Of a stretch of 64,000 bases of DNA, positions 37,095 to 46,171 are shown one piece after another. How positions within the stretch are numbered: position 1 is the stretch's first letter; each line of letters opens with the position of its first letter. Under the pieces are notes generated by a model. That model worked only from the letters and a program-made list of their open reading frames with translations. It was not told where the DNA came from and made no database searches. This stretch comes from Chitinophagales bacterium (GTDB lineage: Bacteria > Bacteroidota > Bacteroidia > Chitinophagales > S012-47): the NCBI GenBank assembly GCA_015487695.1, contig WFPF01000021.1, positions 70,441 through 134,440 of the forward strand, given 5' to 3'. Made by a program: the position numbers and the translations under genes.

Positions 37095-39758
37095 ATGGAT
37101 TTAAGTAAGGTAAAACGCCTGGGGCAGTTAGCAGGTAAACTCGGAGTAGGTGCGCACACGTTGGTGGAGCACTTGCAAAGCCATGGCTTTGACGGGGTAG
37201 ATCCGTCTCCGAACACAAAGCTGAGCCAGGAACAAATTGACTTGCTGATTAAGGACTTTCATAAGGACAGCCAAATGAAAGAGAAGGCAAAGTCAATAAA
37301 AATCGGAGCGGCCAAAGGGGAAGAAACGGGTGGCAAAACCATCATTGGCGGAGTGTTTAGAAAGACGCAGGAAGAAGAAGTTCTGATCAAGGGATCGCTG
37401 AGCAAAAGCGAAGCCATTGAGAAGAAGCCCGTAGTCAAAGAAGAGGAAGAAGTGATCAGTCCTGAAAAAACGAAGATTACAGGGCCGAAGGTAATTGGCA
37501 GGGTGGATCTGAGCAAAGGGAAAAAAGAGGAAGAGATTGTTGAGCCCCCTGCTCCGGAGAAAAAGGCAGAAGAAAAAGAAGCTGAAGCACCCAAAGAAAA
37601 GGAGAAAGCCGCAGAGCCGGAAGTGAAAGAGGTGAAAGATGAAATTATCAAGGCCAAAGCGGAGAAGCTGAAAGGCCCCAAAATTATGGGTAAAATTGAT
37701 CTTCCGACCAAAGCAGAGAAGAAACCGGAACGCAAACCGGTTGCCTCGTCTTCGGAAGACAAAGAGCGCAGAAAACAAAGAAGGCGGAAGCGCATTGTAA
37801 AAGGCGGAGTGGGTAAATCGGCCGCCAAGGCAAAAACCCGGCCGCAGGAAAGGGAAATTACCGAAAAGGAAATTGAGGAGAAACTGAAGGAGACCATGTC
37901 GAAAATAGCCGGCATCGGTACGCCCAAAGGAAAAGCGCTGAGAACCAAGCGCAGAAAAGAAAAACAAAAAGAAGCCGAAAGAGAACAAATCGCCCAGGAT
38001 GAAAGCAAAGTACTTCAGGTAACCGAGTTTATCTCGGTTTCGGAGTTGGCTTCGCTTCTGAATGTAAAACCGGCCGATGTGCTGGGAGTTTGCATGAGCC
38101 TGGGTGTGATTGCTTCCATCAATCAGCGCCTGGATGCCGAAATAATCGAACTGATAGCGAGCGAATATGATCATGAAGTAGAATTCATTGATGTGGATGA
38201 GGGCATTATTGAGGAGGAGGAAGAAGACAATCCCGAAGAAATGAAACCCCGTCCACCGATTGTGACCATCATGGGTCATGTGGATCACGGTAAAACGAGC
38301 CTTCTGGATTTCATTCGTAAAACCAATGTGATTGCCGGTGAAAAGGGAGGCATCACGCAGCATATCGGTGCCTACAGAGTCAACCTGGAAAACGGCAAAA
38401 GCATCACTTTCCTGGATACTCCGGGTCACGAAGCCTTTACGGCTATGCGGGCCAGAGGTGCCAAGCTTACAGATATAGCCGTGATTGTGGTGGCGGCAGA
38501 TGATGCCATCATGCCGCAAACGAAAGAGGCAATAAGCCATGCACAGGCTGCCGGTGTGCCTATCGTTTTTGCCATCAACAAAGTGGACAAGGAAAATGCC
38601 GATCCCGAAAAAATTAAGGAGCAGCTTGCCAACATGAACCTACTGGTAGAAGACTGGGGAGGTAAATATCAGAGCGAAGATGTATCGGCAAAAACGGGAT
38701 TAAATGTAGAGAACCTGCTCGAAAAAATATTGCTGGAAGCCGAAATGCTCGACCTGAAAGCTAATCCCAATAAAAACGCCAAAGGCACCGTGGTAGAAGC
38801 CTCATTGGACAAAGGCCGCGGATATGTGGCCACTGTTTTGGTACAGGAAGGGACGCTTCATGTCGGGGATGTACTGGTTGCCGGCAGTCATATGGGCAAA
38901 GTCAAAGCACTGTATAACGAAAGAGATAAGCGCGTGAAAGAGGCCGGACCTTCCGATCCGGTGCAGATTCTCGGACTGGACGGAGCGCCACAGGCCGGAG
39001 AGAAATTTAAAGTCTATAACTCCGAGTCGGAAGCCAAGAATGTTGCCAACAAAAGAGCACAAATTGAGCGGGAACAGGGACTCAGAGCACAAAAACATAT
39101 TACCCTCGATGAAATCGGAAGGCGACTGGCCCTTGGCAACTTCAAGGAACTTAATGTCATCATCAAAGGTGATGTGGATGGTTCGGTAGAAGCGCTGGCC
39201 GATTCGCTGATCAAGCTTTCTACAGAGGAAATTCATGTGAATACCGTTCACAAAGGCGTGGGTGCCATTACGGAAACAGATGTAATGCTGGCCTCCGCAT
39301 CGGATGCCGTAATTATCGGCTTCCAGGTAAGACCATCGGTACAGGCCAGACAATTGGCCGAAAAAGAGCATATCGAAATCAGGCTTTATTCTGTTATTTA
39401 TGCGGCAATTGATGACGTGAAAGCTGCCATGGAGGGCATGCTCGAACCAACCATTGAAGAAAAGATTCTTGGCAATGCCGAGGTTCGCGAAACCTTTAAA
39501 ATCACAAAAGTCGGCACGGTGGCGGGCTGCTTTGTGATTGACGGTAAAATACCGAGAAATGCAAAAGCCCGCGTGGTACGTGACGGCATCGTGGTCTATA
39601 CCGGTGAGCTTGCCTCGCTGAAGCGCTTTAAAGAAGATGTGAAAGAAGTACGTTCAGGCATGGAATGCGGATTGAACATCAAAGACTTCAACGACATTAA
39701 GGTGGGCGACATCATCGAAGCGTATACGGAAGTGGAAGTGGCCCGTACTCTGGATTAA
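37095..39758 (+). CDS. infB: Translation initiation factor IF-2
   Basis: K/E-rich N-terminal region and G domain motifs [20 protein letters not shown] and NKVD. Confidence 0.95.
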   Translation: MDLSKVKRLGQLAGKLGVGAHTLVEHLQSHGFDGVDPSPNTKLSQEQIDLLIKDFHKDSQMKEKAKSIKIGAAKGEETGGKTIIGGVFRKTQEEEVLIKGSLSKSEAIEKKPVVKEEEEVISPEKTKITGPKVIGRVDLSKGKKEEEIVEPPAPEKKAEEKEAEAPKEKEKAAEPEVKEVKDEIIKAKAEKLKGPKIMGKIDLPTKAEKKPERKPVASSSEDKERRKQRRRKRIVKGGVGKSAAKAKTRPQEREITEKEIEEKLKETMSKIAGIGTPKGKALRTKRRKEKQKEAEREQIAQDESKVLQVTEFISVSELASLLNVKPADVLGVCMSLGVIASINQRLDAEIIELIASEYDHEVEFIDVDEGIIEEEEEDNPEEMKPRPPIVTIMGHVDHGKTSLLDFIRKTNVIAGEKGGITQHIGAYRVNLENGKSITFLDTPGHEAFTAMRARGAKLTDIAVIVVAADDAIMPQTKEAISHAQAAGVPIVFAINKVDKENADPEKIKEQLANMNLLVEDWGGKYQSEDVSAKTGLNVENLLEKILLEAEMLDLKANPNKNAKGTVVEASLDKGRGYVATVLVQEGTLHVGDVLVAGSHMGKVKALYNERDKRVKEAGPSDPVQILGLDGAPQAGEKFKVYNSESEAKNVANKRAQIEREQGLRAQKHITLDEIGRRLALGNFKELNVIIKGDVDGSVEALADSLIKLSTEEIHVNTVHKGVGAITETDVMLASASDAVIIGFQVRPSVQARQLAEKEHIEIRLYSVIYAAIDDVKAAMEGMLEPTIEEKILGNAEVRETFKITKVGTVAGCFVIDGKIPRNAKARVVRDGIVVYTGELASLKRFKEDVKEVRSGMECGLNIKDFNDIKVGDIIEAYTEVEVARTLD

Positions 39759-39774
39759 TTAATTCAATCCGCAC

Positions 39775-41292
39775 ATGATGAGCCGGGCAAAGTTCCTGAT
39801 CATTCAAACGGCATTTATCGGTGATGTGGTACTGGCCACCGTGCTGGCCGATGCTTTGAAGAAGAAATACCCGGATGCCGAGATTCACTTTTTGCTGAAA
39901 AAAGGCAATGAGTCTCTGCTGGAAAATCATCCCTCTGTAGACCGCCTCTTTGTCTGGGATAAAAAGAACGGAAAATACCGGAATCTTTTTCGCCTGATTG
40001 CCGGGCTCAGGAAAACGCGATATACCGAGATTTTCAATTTGCAGCGCTTTTTTTCGAGTGGCCTGATCACACTACTGGCCCGTGCCGGGCGAAGAAGTGC
40101 TTTTGATAAAAACCCGCTTTCTTTCTTATTCTCGGGAAAAATACCTCACCGCATTCCCGACATCAGAGATGGCCGGCCCATTCATGAAGTGGAGAGAAAT
40201 CTCTTGTTTTTGCAAGCGCCCGGGTCTGAGCCTCCCCGCCCGACCCTTTACCCAACGGAGCAGGACCGGCTGAAAGTAAAGTCGATTACAGAAAGCAAAG
40301 CCTACTTTGTCATTGCACCGTCTTCTCTTTGGTTTACCAAACAATGGCCGGTAGAAAAATGGAAAGAGTTGCTCAGACGCCTGCCCCTTACGCACAGGGT
40401 ATTTCTTGTGGGCTCTGCGGGAGAGAGAGAAAAGGCATCTGCACTTGAAAAAATTCATCCTGATACCGTAAACCTCTGCGGAGAACTAAGTATGATGCAG
40501 ACCGTGGCGCTCATGGAAAAGGCAGATCACGTTTTCACAAACGACAGTGCACCGCTTCATTTTGCTTCGGCTGTCAACGCCCGGCATACGGCCATTTTTA
40601 CATCAACGGTGCCGGAGTTTGGCTTTGGTCCTCTTTCGGAGTACGGGAGAGTAGCGCAAAGCAATCTGGACCTGAATTGCCGGCCATGCGGATTGCACGG
40701 GAAAAGATCCTGCCCGAGAAAACACTTTAAATGCGCCACGAGTATCTCTGCCGTGCAGGTGTTCAACGGGAAAGAATATTTTGATGCCGTTAAAGGGCTC
40801 GTGAGCAGGGATGACCTTTTTGCCGTGGCAGCTTATTTTATGGATAAAAAAGAAATCATCAGCATTGAATTTTCAAATGAGACATTTCTGGCTACTGCCT
40901 ATGCCGGACTGAAACATCTGAAACCCCGCGCCAAATCCGCTGAACTCTTACTCTATATCAGGGATACCCGCCTGCTGAAGTATTTGGTAGATGAAGTGCC
41001 GGAGGAGCTGTTTCACTCAAGAGATGAGCTTTTGGGGCAAGAGCTCCGGATTCAATTTCCAAATTTGAAATCACCCCATTCTGATGCGGAAGAAAGAATA
41101 AAGCTTCCCGTAGTGATTCCGCTTGAGAAAAACATTCAGAAACTTCTGCAGGCCGGTTCGGGGATGATGCTTGTGACAAGGCTTAAAAAAGACCCTGAAA
41201 ATCAGAAGAAAGCGGAACCCGTATTTTGCCTTCAGATTGATGATATCTGGAAGGAATTGCCTTACCGGACACTTGTTTTTGAATCAGAATAA
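39775..41292 (+). CDS. Glycosyltransferase family 9 (heptosyltransferase-like) with an extra ~170-aa C-terminal domain
   Basis: Residues 1-335 look like GT9 (FLIIQTAFIGDVVLATVLADALKKKYP, TNDSAPLHFASAVN, CRPCGLHGKRSCP). Residues from about 338 to 505 have no GT9 counterpart. See the findings entry for their YrdC-like pattern. Confidence 0.75.
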   Translation: MMSRAKFLIIQTAFIGDVVLATVLADALKKKYPDAEIHFLLKKGNESLLENHPSVDRLFVWDKKNGKYRNLFRLIAGLRKTRYTEIFNLQRFFSSGLITLLARAGRRSAFDKNPLSFLFSGKIPHRIPDIRDGRPIHEVERNLLFLQAPGSEPPRPTLYPTEQDRLKVKSITESKAYFVIAPSSLWFTKQWPVEKWKELLRRLPLTHRVFLVGSAGEREKASALEKIHPDTVNLCGELSMMQTVALMEKADHVFTNDSAPLHFASAVNARHTAIFTSTVPEFGFGPLSEYGRVAQSNLDLNCRPCGLHGKRSCPRKHFKCATSISAVQVFNGKEYFDAVKGLVSRDDLFAVAAYFMDKKEIISIEFSNETFLATAYAGLKHLKPRAKSAELLLYIRDTRLLKYLVDEVPEELFHSRDELLGQELRIQFPNLKSPHSDAEERIKLPVVIPLEKNIQKLLQAGSGMMLVTRLKKDPENQKKAEPVFCLQIDDIWKELPYRTLVFESE

Positions 41293-41491
41293 AGCGTTAT
41301 TTGTCAAATAGTCAGTCAAATCAGGGCAAAATGGCATGGTTTCCTTTGGCTGGAAAAGCCTTGATGTCCTGGCCGTAGAGGCTATATGTGTTAAAAAAGC
41401 CCAAAAACAAGGACGAATTGATTTTTAGTTCCCAAGAAGTAATATTTTAACACAAAAGGCACGTTTTATGCAGTAAGAAAGCAAAAAAAAT

Positions 41492-42097
41492 ATGCTTATT
41501 ACCGCACAAAAAAAGGAGAAGCACGTGAGCAAAAAAGGAAGATACAGCCCTGAGCTAAAAGATAAAATATTTCATGAGGAGTTTATGCCTCATATCGATG
41601 CCCTGTACAACTTTGCCTATCACCTCACCTATGATGAGGAAGATGCCAATGATCTGGTGCAGGAAACATACATGAAAGCCTTTCGGTTTATAGATTCATA
41701 TGATGCCGGAACCAATGCCAAAGCCTGGCTTTTCAAAATCCTGAAGAATGCATTTATCAATGAATACAGGAAGAAATCCAAAAAACCCACCAAGGTAGAT
41801 TATGAGGATTTTATCGGATATCAGGACAATGAAGAAAACAGCCGGGTAGAATACGTAGATTTAAGGCACGAGATTTTTTCGGGAATGATAGGAGATGAAG
41901 TGACCAAGGCACTGAATTCCCTGCCGGTAGATTTCAGAACAGTCATACTTCTTTGTGATGTAGAGAACTTTTCTTACGAAGAAATTGCTAAGATAACTGA
42001 CATTCCTATCGGTACCGTACGGTCGAGATTGCATCGTGCGAGAAATATGCTGAAGGAAAAGCTCAAATCTTATGCAAAAACAATGGGGTATCAATAA
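41492..42097 (+). CDS. ECF-type RNA polymerase sigma-70 factor
   Basis: Region 2 (DLVQETYMKAFRFIDSY...AWLFKILKNAFINEYRK) and region 4 (FSYEEIAKITDIPIGTVRSRLHRARNMLK). Confidence 0.9.
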   Translation: MLITAQKKEKHVSKKGRYSPELKDKIFHEEFMPHIDALYNFAYHLTYDEEDANDLVQETYMKAFRFIDSYDAGTNAKAWLFKILKNAFINEYRKKSKKPTKVDYEDFIGYQDNEENSRVEYVDLRHEIFSGMIGDEVTKALNSLPVDFRTVILLCDVENFSYEEIAKITDIPIGTVRSRLHRARNMLKEKLKSYAKTMGYQ

Positions 42098-42106
42098 TTT
42101 TTATCG

Positions 42107-42382
42107 ATGAGTGAGAAAACAAAGTGTTTGCTATCCAGGGAGGAATGCCAAGCCTTGATGGACCGTGTTTATCTGGCGTTGGATGGTGCGCTAAGCGGGG
42201 ATGAAGAAAAAGCGGTTTTTTGTGAAGTAGAAAAGTATCCCTGTTGTGTAGAGAAGATAGAAATTGAGAAAAAATACCGAAGCATATTGGTCGAAGCCTG
42301 CCGCTGCAAGTCCGTTCCGGATGCACTCATTCAGTCTATAAAAAAGCAGGTCTCGGGATTGCTTGACGGCAACCGACTCTAG
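42107..42382 (+). CDS. Putative cytoplasmic Cys-rich anti-sigma factor
   Basis: Starts 9 nt after the sigma gene. 91 aa, no TM segment, seven Cys and no His. The role is assigned from position and size only. Confidence 0.45.
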   Translation: MSEKTKCLLSREECQALMDRVYLALDGALSGDEEKAVFCEVEKYPCCVEKIEIEKKYRSILVEACRCKSVPDALIQSIKKQVSGLLDGNRL

Positions 42383-43530
42383 TCCACCTTTAAAATCAGA
42401 CCTTTCAAATAATTTCCCTCCGGATGATAGATGCTGACGGGATGATCTGCCGGCTGCGAAAGGCGCTCCAATACCTGAATGTTCCTTCCGCTTTCAATGG
42501 CCGCTGCCCGTATGGTATCTTCAAACAAGCGGGTATCGACCACCTGCGAGCACGAAAACGTAAAAAGAATACCACCTGCCCGGATGCTGCTCATCGCCAG
42601 CGCATTGAGGCGCTTATAACCAATCACGGCATTGTGTCTTCGCGATATGCTGCGGGCAAATGCCGGAGGGTCTGCAATGATCATATCGTATTCATTCTTG
42701 TGATCTTTCATATAGTCGAATACATCGGCTTCGATACCACGGTGATTTTCAGCAAGCTTGTTAAGCTCAACATTCTTAATTGCCAGATCGATGGCCGGGC
42801 CTGAGGAGTCTACAGAGTCAAGCTGTGCAGCACCACCGTGGAGCGCATATACCGAAAAACCTCCCGTGTAGCTGAAAGCATTGAGCACCTTCCGGTCGCG
42901 GGCATAGGCTGCGGCCTTTTTTCGGTTTTCACGCTGATCAATAAAAAACCCGGTTTTCTGACCGGCTTCCCAATCTACCAGAAACGTATGCCCGTATTCC
43001 CTGACCGGATGCGGGGTGGAGCCTTTGCCAAAGAGGTATTTACCTTTCTTTTCCTCGTCACGGGAGTAGATGGCTTTCAGGGACTCTCCCAGCACCTCTT
43101 TCAGTGCACTGACAATTAGGTCTTCCTGCAACTTCATTCCGGCACTTGATGTGGAAATTACCGCGACTCCGTTGTACCAGTCCACCACAAGGCCCGGCAG
43201 GCCATCACCTTCCGCATTAACCAGCCTGTATACCGAGTTTTCTTCATTCTGTACCAATCCGAGCGCCTTCCTCAGTTCCAGGGCCTTCCTTATTTTTCCG
43301 GTGAAAAAGGCAAGGTCAATCAATCCCTCGTCAAAGCGCAGTATTCGTATGGCGATGGAGCTGTTGTAATAATGCCCGACAGCGAGCAACCGGTCTCTGA
43401 AATCGAAGACCTGAACCAGCTCTCCGTTCTCCGGCTTCTCTTCCTGAAATGCCAGTGCCCCCGAGAAAATCCAGGGGTGTCTGCGTTGGAGCAATTTTTC
43501 TTTACCGCGCTTGAGTTTGACCGTTTTCAT
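42379..43530 (-). CDS. rlmI: 23S rRNA (cytosine-C5) methyltransferase RlmI-type, class I SAM-dependent
   Basis: PUA-like N-terminus (KLKRGKEKLLQRRHPWIF) and SAM MTase core (VLNAFSYTGGFSVYA, IIADPPAF). ATG 43530 is used because the track start is the TTG of the -7 box. Confidence 0.8.
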   Translation of the reverse strand: MKTVKLKRGKEKLLQRRHPWIFSGALAFQEEKPENGELVQVFDFRDRLLAVGHYYNSSIAIRILRFDEGLIDLAFFTGKIRKALELRKALGLVQNEENSVYRLVNAEGDGLPGLVVDWYNGVAVISTSSAGMKLQEDLIVSALKEVLGESLKAIYSRDEEKKGKYLFGKGSTPHPVREYGHTFLVDWEAGQKTGFFIDQRENRKKAAAYARDRKVLNAFSYTGGFSVYALHGGAAQLDSVDSSGPAIDLAIKNVELNKLAENHRGIEADVFDYMKDHKNEYDMIIADPPAFARSISRRHNAVIGYKRLNALAMSSIRAGGILFTFSCSQVVDTRLFEDTIRAAAIESGRNIQVLERLSQPADHPVSIYHPEGNYLKGLILKVD

Positions 43531-43548
43531 CTTTTGGATAAGTTTTCG

Positions 43549-43556
43549 CAAAGTTA
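43549..43556 (-). promoter_or_regulatory. -7 promoter box TAACTTTG upstream of rlmI
   Basis: Matches TAnnTTTG, 18 nt upstream of ATG 43530. Confidence 0.45.
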
Positions 43557-43674
43557 GTCTTACAATTCTGCCCGTTCGGCACTTTTATTTTTTAATTATT
43601 GCACGAAACAATGACATTCAGACGCATTGAAAAGAAGAACTTTAACGTTTCAATCGAAAATGTGCTAACTCTAT

Positions 43675-46152
43675 ATGAAAAGCAATAGAATTTCTTTCCT
43701 GGCAGGCCTGCTTATTTTTTCTTTTTCCCTGGCCGCACAGAGTACGTATTACTGGGTCGGGAACAGCGGTAACTGGAGCGATGCCGCCCACTGGTCGCTT
43801 AGCAGCGGTGGTGCGGGCGGGGCAGGAATACCCGATCAGAATACATCCGTCATTTTTGATGCAAATTCTTTTCAGGCACCCGGCTCGCTGGTCAACCTTG
43901 ATTTGCCCTCAGCTCATTGCAACAATATGATATGGGTAGACGGACTGACACCCATTAACCCGATTCTATTTGGCGACAGTTTAAATCAGCTCATCGTCCA
44001 TGGGTCCCTGATTCTGAGCAAAAGTGTGCAGATTGCCTACCGGGGAGCTTTCCGCATGGCTGCCAACGATTCAAACAACGTTATCAATACCGAGGGCCAG
44101 ACCCTGCAAAACGACTTTTATTTTATCGGCCTGGGCAAGTGGAGCCTCGATACTTCCCTGAACCTGCAGGGAGATGTGCAACTGAGAAGCGGCTTTCTGG
44201 ATTTGAATGGCAAGGGAATGATATGCTGGCGTTTTCTGAGTGATTATACAAGTTCGAGAACTTTCGATATTTCGGGGTCTATCATCCAGGTATCGCAGGA
44301 ATATAATTCGTGGTATGTCAATACACAAAATTTTAATCTCATTGCTACCGGATCGCTGGTAATTCTTCACGGCCCGCATCCCGAACTCATCAATATCGGG
44401 CCCGATACTCTCCGTTTCAGCGGCATTCTGTTTACCGACACCAGCGGAGTGGCACGTCTGCATTTCAGTGAAAGCTTTGTCGTACTTTTTAGTGGCGATG
44501 CCGTTATCGAAGAATACAACAAGACCGACACCCTGTATTTTACGCCCGGCAAAAGCTATGAATTCACCACGGCCTACACGCAATACATCACGGGTGGCTG
44601 GTATTCCATCGGGGCCGGCTGTTATCCCATAAAGATCCGCTCTTCACTCCCGGGCGTCCAGGCAACAGTGAATATGCAAAACGCACGCATGCAGTTTGAG
44701 CACAACGTTATCCGGGATCTGGCCGTGAGCGGCAGCGGAAACTTCAATGCCGGTGTATTCAGTGCCGACAGTGGCAACAACTCGGGGCTGACCTTCGGGA
44801 AGGCCAACCTGGTCTATGCCAATGTGCTGGGAAATGATACTACGCTTTGCCCGGGCGACAGTAAGTTTTTGAGCTCAAGATATTACTGGTATACGGCCGA
44901 GCGCCTTTGGCAGGATGGGAGTACCGAAAAGAGCTACCGCGTGACTCAGCCGGGCACTTATATTTTAAAACTGACTTACTTCCCGGGGTGCTCGCTTTAT
45001 GATACCATCGTGGTCAATTATTCGGATGTCATGGCTGATCTGGGACCGGCCGATACGGTCCTGTGTGAGGGCGATCAGCTGATGCTCAAAACGCCTCTGA
45101 AAAGTTCATGGACTGCCAGATGGAGAGATCAAAGCGTCAGGGATTCCTTTCCGGTCAGCACGGGCGGCCTCTACAGTGTGACCGTGACCGACAGCCTGGG
45201 CTGTACGGCACAGGATTTTATCAGTATACAAACCATCGCACCTCCGCAGGCCAATTTGGGCAGCGATACGGCTATTTGCGAGGGGGAGACCGTACTCTTG
45301 CTTCCCAACACCGATCTTTCCCTGTCTTTCCTGTGGCAGGACAACTCGACCCAGGCCAGCTATGAGGTATCGAAAACAGGAAGCTATTCCGTTACGGTTT
45401 CTGATCAGAACGGATGTGCAGCCAGCGATGAAATAAATGTAACCGTGTATCCCCGGCCCAAGGTGATTCTGGGCGATACCCTGCATGTGTGCGACAACAG
45501 TGAAGTGCTCCTCGATGTCAACGTATCCAATGCAAAATACCTGTGGAATACGGGGGCGAAAAGCAAGAGTGTGATGGTGAATAACGGAGGTATTTACAGC
45601 GTAACGGTAACGGATGCCAACGGATGTACCGATGCAGACAGCATTGAAGTCATCCTGAAAGCCTCTCCTCAGTTCAGCATCGGAGATACAAGCGTGTGTT
45701 TTGAGGAAATCTCGGTTCTCACGCTGGAAGGACCGGAGGGCAACTATACCTATAAATGGAGCACGGGCGACTCTGTAAGGCAAATCAAAACCTCTCTGCC
45801 GGGTACGATGTGGCTGAGGGTCACCTCAGAAAACGGCTGCTCGGCAACCGATATATTCACAGTGGAGAACAGCTGCCGCACACAAATTCATTTTCCGAAT
45901 GCCTTTTCACCCAACGGAGATGGCATCAACGATATTTACCGCGTGGGGGCTGTCAATATCGAAAGAGCGAGCTACCGGATCTACGACCGATGGGGGCAAC
46001 TGATTTTTGCTACCTCTGATAAGTATTGCAACTGGGATGGAACCATAGGAGGAAGCTATGCCCCGGCCGGCATGTATTTCATTACCGCTTCGGGAGTGGA
46101 TTATTTTCGCCTGCCTTTTGATCAGTCGGAACGAATCCTTTTGCTTCGATAG
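43675..46152 (+). CDS. Secreted adhesin-like protein with T9SS type-B (gliding motility-associated) C-terminal sorting domain
   Basis: Signal peptide. N-terminal YYWVGNSGNWSDAAHWS motif. Five two-Cys modules of about 65-70 aa. C-terminus FPNAFSPNGDGINDIYRV...YRIYDRWGQLIF...WDGT...APAGMYF. Confidence 0.85.
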   Translation: MKSNRISFLAGLLIFSFSLAAQSTYYWVGNSGNWSDAAHWSLSSGGAGGAGIPDQNTSVIFDANSFQAPGSLVNLDLPSAHCNNMIWVDGLTPINPILFGDSLNQLIVHGSLILSKSVQIAYRGAFRMAANDSNNVINTEGQTLQNDFYFIGLGKWSLDTSLNLQGDVQLRSGFLDLNGKGMICWRFLSDYTSSRTFDISGSIIQVSQEYNSWYVNTQNFNLIATGSLVILHGPHPELINIGPDTLRFSGILFTDTSGVARLHFSESFVVLFSGDAVIEEYNKTDTLYFTPGKSYEFTTAYTQYITGGWYSIGAGCYPIKIRSSLPGVQATVNMQNARMQFEHNVIRDLAVSGSGNFNAGVFSADSGNNSGLTFGKANLVYANVLGNDTTLCPGDSKFLSSRYYWYTAERLWQDGSTEKSYRVTQPGTYILKLTYFPGCSLYDTIVVNYSDVMADLGPADTVLCEGDQLMLKTPLKSSWTARWRDQSVRDSFPVSTGGLYSVTVTDSLGCTAQDFISIQTIAPPQANLGSDTAICEGETVLLLPNTDLSLSFLWQDNSTQASYEVSKTGSYSVTVSDQNGCAASDEINVTVYPRPKVILGDTLHVCDNSEVLLDVNVSNAKYLWNTGAKSKSVMVNNGGIYSVTVTDANGCTDADSIEVILKASPQFSIGDTSVCFEEISVLTLEGPEGNYTYKWSTGDSVRQIKTSLPGTMWLRVTSENGCSATDIFTVENSCRTQIHFPNAFSPNGDGINDIYRVGAVNIERASYRIYDRWGQLIFATSDKYCNWDGTIGGSYAPAGMYFITASGVDYFRLPFDQSERILLLR

Positions 46153-46168
46153 CTCCGGAACTCCGGAG
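46153..46168. terminator. Short hairpin between convergent genes (weak bidirectional terminator candidate)
   Basis: CTCCGG-aact-CCGGAG, a 6-bp stem. There is no clear U-tract on either side. Confidence 0.25.
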
Positions 46169-46171
46169 ACA

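Noticed and set aside
37293-38540. 415-aa and 249-aa minus-strand ORFs
   Set aside because: They are antisense to the K/E-rich N-terminal region and G domain of infB, so they are shadow ORFs of low-complexity coding sequence.
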